Assembly: GCA_951406725.2 (NCBI GenBank) | Contig: OX597814.1 | Location: 156,550,001-156,614,000, forward strand | From: Octopus vulgaris | Lineage: Eukaryota | Length of the DNA: 64,000 bases | Direction: 5' to 3' | Shown: positions 53,060 through 64,000 of the stretch, piece after piece | Position numbering within the stretch: position 1 is the first letter of the stretch | Layout: each line of letters opens with the position of its first letter | Notes under the pieces: model-generated | What the model saw: only the letters and a program-made list of their open reading frames with translations | Database searches by the model: none | Told to the model about the DNA's origin: nothing | Translations under genes and position numbers: made by a program

Positions 53060-53090
<31 letters not shown>

Positions 53091-53544
53091 GCACACACAC
53101 ACACACACACACAGTGTGATGGAGAAAATCACAGAGATTTGGGTTTGATAAAATATGTACATTGTAGCAATGCCTTTGTTTAAAGCTATATATAACTATC
53201 AAATCAAAACTTAACTATCACCAATAAAAATTATTATTAAACAAAAAAAAAATGAAATTATATACAAACAAACCCCAAAACACAATAACAATTCTCAAAG
53301 AGATACTGATGGCATTTTTATTTTACTCCCTTTATTTTTCTATTTTCATATAGCAAAGAAGGTTTTCTATGCAGCTTTCTTTCATTCTATTTAATATTCA
53401 TGTTTTCCTTTAACCCTTCAAGGAGGCAATAAAATATAGTAACTAGGTCACTATAATTGATTAGTCTATTCCCCAAAATTTGAGACCAGGTGTCTGTAGC
53501 ATTCTTTTTCTTATTATTATTATTATCACTTTTAGTATTATCGT

Positions 53545-53760
53545 TATGGCGGTGACCTGGCAGAATCATTCGCATGTCATACAAAATGCCTAGTCATATT
53601 TCTTCTGACTTGTTATGTTCTGAGTTCAAATTCTGCCAAGGTCAACTGTGCCTTTCATCCTTTTGGGCTCTATAAAAACAGACACCAGTAAAGTACTAGG
53701 ACTGCAATCGACGAAACCCCCACCCATTAAAAGTGCTGGCCATGGGCCAAAATTTGAAAC
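53545..53760 (+). mobile_element. SINE family C, diverged
   Basis: GGTCAACTGTGCCTTTCATCCTTTTGGG core. Confidence 0.75.
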
Positions 53761-54745
53761 CATTATTATTATTATTATCATTATTACTACTACTACTACT
53801 ATTGGTTTTTGTTGTTGTTTCTTTACTGCCCACAGGAAAGACATGTTTTATACCAATCTCTTTTGTACGTTTTATGTAGGTCCTCGTGATCCATAAAGAA
53901 ACACTTTCGTTTTTATTTTATTTTCATTTACCTTGTTAGTTTTCTATGCATTTGAAATGCAATTTTTTTATTAACCATATTAAGGAAATCTTTAAAAATC
54001 AGTTTGACAATTCAGATGATATTTAGATGTGTATATTACTGAAGAAGTTTGTTTTAAAATGTTAAAGAAATTGCATTTCATGAATATGGAAAAAAATAAG
54101 TTAACAGGGGAGATAACTTATCAAAAGAATTATCTCCCTGTAAAAGTCTTTTTAAGTAATGAAAATTGCTTTTCTCTGATACAGAAAATTTTTTAATTAA
54201 TTTTACCAAACTATTACAACAATTTAAATCAATAATAGTAGAAAATAATAAAAAAAAAAGAGGAGGCTTAAAAGAAAACAGCAGTAGAACAGTAAATAAA
54301 AAAATAATAATAGGCCTGCATGTTATCGTAATGTTTGTGTTTTTGGTTTCATTATTAAATAACCTAATTCTTAGTGTGGTGATAATTTCTTTTAGCAATG
54401 ATTCTGATAGTTACTCACAACTTTAAATAAAAAGACCTGTAATATATACAAGACTTATTTTAACAAACCTCTCCATCACTCCCTTTCTTCTGATTATTAT
54501 TATTATTATTATTATTAAAGCAGTTTGATTCAGTTCTGTGTAACACAGATCTTCGTAGGCTCCTCACAAGAACCTAGTCCATTGGTCACCTAAGCCCAAT
54601 AAGCTATGTTCCAGTAAGAAACCTACATATCTTTCTGTTGCATGGGGTTGAATCGAACTGTTTTCAATAATAATAAATGTAATTTTTACTAAATACGTTG
54701 AGTGCCTCTTTCTTACATTTGTCCATTCATATATATATATAGTTA

Positions 54746-54957
54746 ATCCAAACATGAAAACACAAAGAGAAAACACAACAACGCGAGGATGTGGAACAAA
54801 TATAGTATTATTGGACGCTCAGGAAGGAAGGGAAGAAGGAGGGTTTTATGTTTCGAGCGGAGCTCTTCGTCAGAAACATAGGAAAAGGAAAGATCCAAAG
54901 AAGGGAAGACGGAGGAAAAAATAATCGCCAACGGTACACACACGGTCACATTTTGAG
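54746..54957 (-). mobile_element. ~210-bp (TA)n-embedded repeat with a minimal hammerhead at 54843-54877; Penelope pLTR-like
   Basis: GTTT-CTGACGA-A-GAGC(TCC)GCTC-GAAA-CA-TA-AAAC; second copy at 61578-61775. Confidence 0.65.
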
Positions 54958-55917
54958 ATATATATATATATATGTATGTATATGTATATGAGGGCTGCCA
55001 AAACATACACATCTATACAAGCTGTAAACGCTTTGTAAAATTTTCTTATGGCTAGTAATCTGCCGGCACTTTTTGTACTAATGAGTGTGTGCTTTCATGA
55101 TGGACAAGAAACAAACAACTACAAGAAAAAAAAAAGAAGTGAAAGAACGACAACAATAATAACAAAGAAACAACACCACTGAAAAACAAACAGTAGTTAT
55201 TCAAGTCAATTTGTATCATCAGGCTACAAATTGTAGCCATTAACACAACACAGTAAAGTTGGCCTTCCTTTTTTTTTTCTTTTTCCTTTTTTTTTTATCA
55301 TTTTGAGAAAGGAAGGCTCTCTGTACAATTTCTAGCATTTCTAACAACACATGGATGAGATCTATTTTATTCATTCATTCAAATGTCTTTTGTTCTTTGA
55401 TTTTGTTGTTGTTGTTGTTGCTGATGTCAAGTTGGGTCGGGTTCTTTGCATTTTTTGTTTTATTTTAAACGTAAGTTTTCACACTGTGCATGCACATGTG
55501 TGTGTATTTGTGTGAGGTTTTATATATTTACTAATGAGTATGTCAAAAAAAAAAACAAAAAAACATTTTGGTAAGTCTCAAAAATCCTGGATCATATGTG
55601 AGAGAAGGAAAAGTAAGAATATAAATATTTGAAAGAAGTCAATAGATAAAGGTAGTTAAGTTAAGTTAAGTTAATAAATTGATTAATTAATTATCAAGGA
55701 GTTGGGGGAAGGGCTAACTGATTACATTAGGCAGATTACAGGGGACAACATTGAAGGAGTTTTTTTAAGAGAATACAGTACAAGAAGGAAGACATGAACA
55801 ATTGATGAAATTCATACAAACTTAACTGCAGTTTTTACATGAACATGAAACCCCCTGCAGAGAAATACAGGGAGAAGTACCAATTATGTTGTGATAACGC
55901 TGTATGTTTTCTGCTGG

Positions 55918-55969
55918 TCATAACTGACTTTGTATTCCCTTCACTGACTCGTCACTAAAGAGAAGAAAG
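55918..55969 (-). CDS. Candidate terminal coding exon (x)FLLFSDESVKGIQSQL*
   Basis: Strong acceptor CCTTTCTTTTCATTTACAG followed by about 9 kb of TE-poor UTR-like sequence; reading frame uncertain. Confidence 0.4.
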
Positions 55970-58900
55970 CTGTAAATGAAAAGAAAGGAATGCAGCGTTA
56001 ATTAGTTGTTTTATTTTTTAATTTACAAAAATATAAATGACACAAAATTAAGTTTAAATATTTTAAGTTCTATCTTTTTTACTTATCTCACTTATTGGTC
56101 TACTCAATAAGGACAAGACTCAGGACAAACAACTATATTGATTTCTTTTAACTAGGTGAGAAAGCCAGTAATCTGTAGATGTATATGCATCAAATCTCAT
56201 ATAATTTTAGTGCACTATTTTTTAGCAAATACAGAAAGACTTCATCTTTATATCCAATAGATCAAAATAAAATATAATAAATACAAAATATTGTAATATA
56301 AATACAGTGACGTCTATTTTGCAGAGGATGCCCAATAGGATTGAAGCATATTCACAGTTGCCTCCCTTACTTACCATGATATTTAAAATATTAGTCATTG
56401 AATTAATGTTGACTTTTTCTCACAGTATAAATGTTTTTAATGACACTGTTGATGACTTCTTCTTTAAATACATTTACAATAACTTAACTATTGCTTTTTT
56501 ACATGGATGACATCTCTAATTTATTAAACTCAGTAATAGTTTTTCTTTAATTACATGCTCATTTTAATCACAGTATATGTTCACACTAACCTTACAATAA
56601 TATATTAGTTCAAAATTTATTATGCTAGCACTCACCAGCTCTTACAATTATATATGAAAAAAAAATCAATTGTAACATATTCACACATTTAATGTATTTC
56701 TTTGTAACACAATACAAAAGCTGTTGTGAAAACACATCATCAAATAATTGAACTACATTATTCAGACATGTGAACCCAACAGCATATATGTTTTCTGTAC
56801 CAGTAAAGTGATAAACTTACCCCATCTAACAATATCATTTACATTTTGCAAATTTCCTTTTATCTTTATGCAACAACAGTATGAGAAAATGAATAGCTTA
56901 CAACTTGTGGGCTTAATTCAGTTTCCTTCAGTGTTACTTTTTCTTTATTTTTTTCTATGCTATTACATTTGTCTTTGTGTGAGTAACTTTGCTTTCCATT
57001 CTCACCAAGGAACAAATATAGTCGGGTTAACATTTTGGACTACTGATTACATGGTGTTGTGTATTCTTAGGATATTAACTTAAGATGTTGGGCTGTACCT
57101 CTGAAGAAGGTAAATTTACACTAGGTGACTAACACAGGTATTTCTTTTTCTCACTGTTGTGGTTACCTTGAGGCCAACCCCTGAATGAGCATTTTTTTTT
57201 TTTTTTGAAACATTATTTCATAAGGCATGGTACTATTGCAAGCAATTTAACTGAAAATTTAGAGGCTTGCTATCTGAATGGTTAGATTAAAAAAAGTACA
57301 AGGGGCAGCAGAGATGGGAATTCGGTATTAATAGGGTGAGTACAGAACTGGGATGTCGATACAACACACTGTAATACTGATAAGGGAGTGAAAAATTAGG
57401 GTATTGAGAGAGCACGAGTGAGTCAGTGAATACTGGTTGAAAATGTACTGAACAAGAGATCATTTAGCAGCAGGGATAGGGAAGTAGGACAGAGATGGAA
57501 CTGGGATACTGATGGTGCAAGGATGTGACTGATGTCCTAATAGGGAAGAACCAGGATAGGGTTATTGATAGAATAATGTCTATGGCAATGTAGATGAGTC
57601 TCAAGTATTAGAAAAGGTTCCTGGTTCAGTAAAATTTGAGATCTTTCACCACAGATTCCTATGTATATTTGTTGCTTCTGTAAGACAACTTACATAGTAA
57701 ACAAAGTGACATGGTGTATTGTGCAGAAATTTATCACTGCAGTTTCAAAAATGTTCACCAGTTAAGGGACATGTTCATCTGTTAGTGGATTTCACACAGA
57801 AAATCACTACTTTGACTAAACTATTATAGCCCAGTCATAACCTAGTTGATATTTTTAAGATTGCTTTTAAAGATATTTTCAATTTTGGACAAGGTTGTGT
57901 TTTCTTTTCCCTTTATGCAAGCTGTCAAATTTAGTCTGAATACACTGTATATACAAATTTTGTATACAAATCTATATTTTTAATATATAGCCATCATCAT
58001 TATTATCATTTTACATCTACTTTCTATGCTGGCATGGGTTGGATGAGTTGTCATGGTCTGACTCCATTCTTATTAACAGTTACTGCCCTTCTGGATGGGT
58101 CAGATGACTATGTTTTGCTTACACATTCCACTTTTTGACATGGTTTCAAGTGTTGGGTGCCCTACCTAACTCTAACCACTTTCCAGAATTGTATAGGATG
58201 TATATTATTGTAGCATCAGCATTTTAGATGTTGCCATGTGTTAAAGAAGACTAAAGGCTCCACTTAACCCCTCTGTTGTCCCTTCTCATTTACCAACCAC
58301 TTTATAAAGAGTACTCAGTGCATTTAACATGGCACCAGCATTAGTGAGGTTAACTTTGTATTTTGCAAAACAAAACCATAGTCACTCTCTTACATTGTCT
58401 CCTTTCATTCAAGGTAATATCTTTGAATTCAAATTTATAAATAAACTGCAGTTTTAGGAGCAAGGGAAAGGTACTGGGAATATAAAAAAGATGGTGAGAA
58501 CATTCTTTGATGTACACCTTCATGATCAAATGGGTCAGGAAAACAGTATCAAATCTTTTTCATATCACAATATACTGCCTAAAAAACAGGATTGATATAT
58601 TGGATAATGTGGCTTTAGATACTCTGAGAAAAAAAAGATAGGATGGCCAAAAATGGAACATCTTTGATCATAGTTTTGCTTGATGAGGGTTGACTTAAGC
58701 TAAGCAATAATAAGAACCACAATTGGTTCAGTGCTTATTTCCTGTATCTAAGAATTGATAGGATAAATATTATTTGTGATAAGGATACCAGTTACAACTG
58801 GTGCCTTCCCCAGTAGAATCACAAATCACCTCTGAAAGATATTAAATCATTACAGCAGTGAGTTGTTCCAACCTTGCAGTTACTACAGAGATCTAGTTGG

Positions 58901-59221
58901 ATTAGTCTATTATAAAGAGTTTAGTTTCTCAAAAACAGATAATCCACTGGTGATGAAGAGGAACAGTGAATTGCTTAATTGATTGTTTTGCATCCCATCA
59001 AGTAACTCTTCAATTCTTTTTGTCACAAATATAATACACAATCATGACAATTTAGCAGAAGAGACCAATTTAGCATACAAATCCACATACGTCTGGACAT
59101 GGGGGCATTGGACAGTTTGATATCTCAACCATACAGACAATACTGTGAGAAGAACACTCAACTTTTTAGTTGATTGTTTTGCAGCCAGTAAACTGAGCTT
59201 TTAAGTAAATAAATAAACTTT

Positions 59222-59519
59222 AAGTAAGAAAACAGCACAGCTCCCATGACTTCAGGAAACATTTTTTCATGCTGAGAGTTGCTGAAGCGTGGAACAAACT
59301 GCCGGCATCGGTTGTTAGTTGTCGGAGCACTGCATCCTTCAAGACTTCCATGCTTCCTGAGATTCGCCAACACTACACTTGATTTTCTCCCCTCCATTCA
59401 CACACAAGCATGTTCACTTTCCAGACATTTCTACATTACTGCATGTACTTTATATGCACTTTCTGACAAGTTGTGGTGCACCTGAGCACTGTATACAATA
59501 ATTTCATTATTATTATTAT
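59222..59519 (+). mobile_element. CR1 LINE 3' end
   Basis: Same family as 16598-16973, (ATT)n tail. Confidence 0.88.
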
Positions 59520-59867
59520 ATACATAAATAAATTTTGAAAGGTTCAAAATATTAAGAAATTCTTGTGTATTTAAAAATACTGCTGTTCGTATGGTTTAGC
59601 TACCCTACCTTTTGAACCCACTACATTTGATTAGCCCTCTCACACACACCTACGATTAATGGGGTTCCAGCTATAATTATCTTATCCTTTTTATTTTTAG
59701 CCATTGTGTATCCAGGACTGCAATAATCTATGTCCTTTTTTTTAACCTGGTAGAGTGTGACTGGAGGAAGATTTTGTTACTATTTTTAGTATCTTGAGCA
59801 ACCAGAGAACAGATGATTCATCAGTTCATGTTAAAAATGTTAACTGAAAAGGTGAAGGTATTCTACT

Positions 59868-60069
59868 ATACTCTTTTACTTGTTTCAGTCATTTGACTGT
59901 GGCCATGCTGGATCACCGCCTTAAGTCGAGCAAATCAACCCTAGGACTTATTCTTTGTAAGCCTAGTACTTATTCTATCGGTCTCTTTTGCTGAAATGCC
60001 AAGTTATGGGGACGTAAACACACCAGCATCAGTTGTCAAGCGATGTTGGGGGAACAAACACTGACACAA

Positions 60070-60102
<33 letters not shown>

Positions 60103-60276
60103 CATATATACAACGGGCTTCTTTCAGTTTCTGTTTACCAAATCCACTCACAAGGCTTTGGTCGGCCTGAGGCTATAGTAGAAGACGCTTGCCCAAGGTG
60201 CCACGCAGTGGGACTGAACCTGGAACCATGTGGTTCGTAAGCAAGCTACTTACCCACACAGCAACTCCTATGCCTA
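59868..60276 (-). mobile_element. tRNA-SINE family A, full length
   Basis: Family A head to tail. Confidence 0.9.
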
Positions 60277-60412
60277 TGTTAAAATCTTTTCTGGCTCATA
60301 TATCAAAATCATCTAACAATAAATATTAATGTAAGATTTTCACCTTTCATTGTTTCAAAAAACATTACCAAAAAATGGACAGAATAGAAATAGAATCAAA
60401 CCTTGATAGTGG

Positions 60413-60679
60413 TCATGTGTTGGTCGTTTTGGTTTCCTGACTTGAACTGGAAGCAGCGTGTAATGAATCTGCCACTGTCGTGCTTTCTGTCACTGTGTTG
60501 CTACTGATAGTGGTAGGAGAAAATTCTCCTGCTGGTGTTTCTGGTGGAGCTGGTTCTGGAATCTCTGTTGGGCAATCTTTGATGTGTGACATTTCTGGTG
60601 AGTAAGGGGCCATATCAAAGCTTGCAGTGGACAGACGCTCACTCGGAGGAGACACAGTAAGCAGTTGGTCGTCACTGTT
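60413..60679 (-). CDS. Candidate coding exon of an unidentified host gene, Ser/Thr/Pro-rich tail NSDDQLLTVSPPSERLST..QETKTTNT*
   Basis: Acceptor TTTCTTTGCAATTGCAG, 88 open codons, raised GC, non-repetitive, protein-like composition. Confidence 0.6.
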   Translation of the reverse strand, partial: NSDDQLLTVSPPSERLSTASFDMAPYSPEMSHIKDCPTEIPEPAPPETPAGEFSPTTISSNTVTESTTVADSLHAASSSSQETKTTNT

Positions 60680-61577
60680 CTGCAATTGCAAAGAAATTAT
60701 AGAATTACAAATGGAATATTAGAATTTAATGAAGAATTTCTTACATAGGTTAAAGGCCTCAACTTTATAGGTATTTCACTGGACATATACAACCCTCAAC
60801 CTCTTTTATCCATATCCTTCAAACTCTCTTGCCCATCACTAGACATATGTAAAAAGGAGAATATCAGCTACACATGTACTCCGAACAATCTAACATTACC
60901 CTTCCTATACTTCCATATATCACTCCTTCACTCCCATCACATTATTGATAACCATCATTCACTCACTCTCACTATTCCACCACCTCTATTTACTATTCAT
61001 TAATATCTCTCATCTCAATCACTCTGATTCTAGCATCACACACATGTTCACTTCACCTACCCATCCTAGTTCTTCTGTGATTGCGCTCTTTCTCTCTCTC
61101 CCTCCCTTCCTCTCTCTCTCTCACACACTCTTCTATTCACCTGCTCAGCCATGTAGACCTGACTGAACAAACATATTATAATGAGTTTTTAATTGTAGAG
61201 TCTACAGGGCAACTCAACTAGTGTTGGTGCTACTATAAAATTCAAGACACTCAGTATGGTAGTTGGTGAATGATCAAAAACATTGGGTTGCAAGATGATG
61301 ACGACCTCTCTAGTGTTGGTACCATAAAACAGTGCATGCACCTAATACACTCAAGGAAGTAGTTGGTGAAAGGAAGGGAAACCAGGAAGGGAATCCAGCC
61401 ATATAAACCATACCGAACCATACAATGAGTTATACAAGGTTCTCTGGCCCACCAAGGAAGACTATAACTGTACATGGTTACAGCCAGAGAGAGAGAGAGA
61501 GAGAAAATGAGGACAGAAACGGGTGTGCTGCTAAAACAGAAAAAAGGTTTGCTTACCCATCCTGAGGGAAGAAAGAG

Positions 61578-61775
61578 AAACATGAACAAAGAGAAAACAC
61601 AACAACGCAAGGACGTGGAACAAGTATAGTGTTATTGGATGCTCAGGAAAGGAAAGAAAGAAGGAGGATTTAATGTTTCAAGCAGAGCACTTCGTCAGAA
61701 ACATAGGAAAAGGAAAGGTCCAAGGAAGGGAAGACGGAGAAAGAAAATCGCCAATGATAAACATGCAGTTATATA
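61578..61775 (-). mobile_element. Second copy of the 54746 repeat with a decayed hammerhead at 61668-61702
   Basis: GTTT-CTGACGA-A-GTGC(TCT)GCTT-GAAA-CA-TT-AAAT. Confidence 0.65.
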
Positions 61776-61776
61776 T

Positions 61777-61825
<49 letters not shown>

Positions 61826-61837
61826 TAGATATATATG

Positions 61838-62090
61838 GCTCCCATGCTGGTGGCACATAAAGAGCCACATTTGAGCATGGTCTATGCCAGTACCACCTGA
61901 CTAGACCCCATGCCAGTGGCACGTAAAAAGCACCCACAACACTCTCGGAGTGGTTGGTGTTAGGAAGGGCATCCAGCTGTAGAAACCTTGCCAGATCAGA
62001 CTGGAGCCTGGTAGAGCCTCCTGGTTTGCCAGTCCTCAGTCAAACCCTCCACCCCATCCCAGCATGGAAAGAACATGTTAAATGAAGATG
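61838..62090 (+). mobile_element. RTE-associated 3' region
   Basis: GGAGTGGTTGGTGTTAGGAAGGGCATCCAGCTGTAGAAAC..CAGCATGGAAAG; inverted relative to 62113-62300. Confidence 0.7.
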
Positions 62091-62112
62091 AGAGAGAGTA
62101 AGAGACAGAAAT

Positions 62113-63265
62113 CATCATCATCATTGTTTAACGTCTGCTTTCCATGCTGGCATTAGTAGGATGATTTGACTGAGGACTGCCAAACCAGAAGGCTGTACCA
62201 GGCTCCAATCTGATCTGGCAAGGTTTCTACAGCTGGATGCCCTTCCTAACACCAACCACTCTGAGAGTCAAGTGGGTGCTTTTTACGTGCCACTGGCATG
62301 AGGGCCAGTCAGGCAGTACTGGCATCAACCACACTCAAATGGTGCTTTTTATGAGCCACTCGCATGAGAGCCAGTCGGGCAGCACTGGAAATGACTACGC
62401 TCAAATGGTGCTTTTTACATGCCATTGGCACAGTAGCCAGTCAAGCGACACTGGCAATGATCACGCCTGAATGGTGCTTTTTACATGCCACTGGCACAGG
62501 ACCAGTAAGGCAGCACTGGCATCGACCATACAATGGTGCTTTTACATGCTACTAGCATGGGTACTAGTCAAGTATTGGGATTGGCTATGACTATGGTTTT
62601 CAACAGGTTTTCAAAAAGCACAGTTTATTGCCCAGTGATTGAAGGGTACTCTTAAATGGGCCGGTTATGCTGCACTGGCACAGTCCACGGTTACGGTCTC
62701 ACTTGGCTTGCCAGGTCTTCTCCAGCGTAGCATATCTCCTAAGGTCACAGTCACTCGTCATCGTTTCCATGAGACCCAACATTTGGAGGTTGTGCCGCAC
62801 CACCTCATCACAGGTCTTCCTGGGTCTACCTCTTTCACAGGTTCTCTCTACTGCTGGGATGTGACACTTTTCCACACAGCTGTCCTCATTCATATGCAAC
62901 ACATGACCATACCAGCACAGTCATCTCTCTTGTGCACCACATCAGATGCTTCTTACGTCCAACTTTTCTCTCAGGGCACTTACACTCTGTCATGTATCCA
63001 CACTGTTATTACACATCCAGCAAAGTATACTAGCTTCATTTCTTGCAAGCTTACATATGTCTTCAGCAGTCACAACCCATGTTTCACTGCCGTGTAGCAT
63101 GGCTGTTCGCACACATGCATCATACGGTCTACCTTTTACTCTGAGCAAGAGGCCCTTTGTCACCAGCAGAGCTAGGTGCTCCATGAACTTTGGCGAGACA
63201 ATTTTTATTCTAGCAGTTACACTCTCAGAGCATCCACCCCAGCTACTAAACTTGGTTACCCAGGT
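62113..63265 (-). mobile_element. RTE LINE 3' fragment with a long 3' region containing a tandem array
   Basis: RVKGRPYDACVRTAMLHGSETW..RNEASILCWMC and RGRPRKTCDEVV; (ATG)n tail at 62113. Confidence 0.85.
62272..62570. repeat. Diverged ~60-70-bp tandem repeat, about 5 units
   Basis: GGTGCTTTTTAC..GCCACTGGCA..CCAGTC..GCACTGGCA recurs. Confidence 0.8.
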
Positions 63266-63293
63266 AACAGAAACTATCAAGAATATATATATC

Positions 63294-63960
63294 ATCAAGA
63301 GAGATGATTGCACTGGTATGGTCATGTGATGCATATGGATGTGGACAGCTGTGTGAAGAAGTGCCAATCTCTACCAGTGGAAGGAAGCTGTGGAAGAAGG
63401 AGACCCAGGAAAACATGAGGTAAAGTAGTGAAGCATGATCTTCAACTGTTGGGCCTCACAGAGACAATGACTAATGACCAAGACCTTTGACGATATGCTG
63501 TGCTTGAGAAAACCCATCAAACCAAGTAAAATCATAGTTATGGCCATTGTTGGTGTCACATAACTGGCACATAAAAAGTACCGTTTGAGTGTTGGGTTTC
63601 ATGGAGGCAATGTGGCTGATGCCAGTGTTGTATAACTAGTAACCATGCTGGTGGAACATAAAAAACACCTTTTGAGTGCTGGGCCTCACAGAGGCAATGA
63701 CAAGTGACCAAAACCTTTGGCAATATGTTGTTCTTGAGAAAGAAGATCTATCAAGCCAAGTGAAATCACCAGCAACTGGCACCTGTGCCAGTGGCATGTA
63801 AAAGCACCCATTACAATCTTGGAGTGGTTGGCATTAGGAAAGGCATCCAGCCATAGAAGCCATGCCAAATTAAACTGGAGTGTGGTGCAGCCCCTCAGGA
63901 TACCAACCTTTGTCAAACCATCCAACCCAAGCTAGCATGGACAAATGGACGCCAAAATAT
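63294..63960 (+). mobile_element. RTE LINE 3' fragment(s), inverted relative to 62700-62940
   Basis: CTGGTATGGTCATGTG..GGACAGCTGTGTG..AGACCCAGGAA is the reverse complement of the neighbouring element. Confidence 0.75.
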
Positions 63961-64000
63961 ATCATTATTTACATCCATATATGTTGCCTTTTTAAGATGG

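Noticed and set aside
60413-60679. Assigning a gene name to the candidate exons
   Set aside because: Low-complexity tail peptides are not recognisable without a database search
62272-62570. Repeat array superficially like CRISPR
   Set aside because: Units are diverged tandem copies without unique spacers, inside a eukaryotic RTE 3' region

Overview
Eukaryotic, AT-rich, repeat-dense genomic DNA. The microsatellite load and the tRNA-SINE, RTE, CR1, Dong/R4 and Penelope landscape look like a coleoid cephalopod, probably Octopus (inference, not proven). Almost all ORFs in the supplied track are microsatellite or repeat artefacts. Recognisable coding remnants are transposon fragments (RTE RT, Tc1 transposase, CR1 tails, a Dong/R4 restriction-like endonuclease, a Penelope GIY-YIG) plus several short candidate 3' exons of an unidentified minus-strand gene in the CpG-poor part (about 22.5-64 kb). 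The most notable signals are: (i) at least five unrelated hammerhead-ribozyme (HHR) motif families, including a TSD-bounded tRNA-headed element with an HHR and a Penelope-style terminal inversion; (ii) two 37-nt candidate mutually exclusive exons, one with its donor buried in a G.U-rich strand-specific duplex; (iii) a short (CAA)n-tailed retroposon with an HDV-ribozyme-like core. Boundaries were read by eye and are approximate unless exact motifs are quoted.
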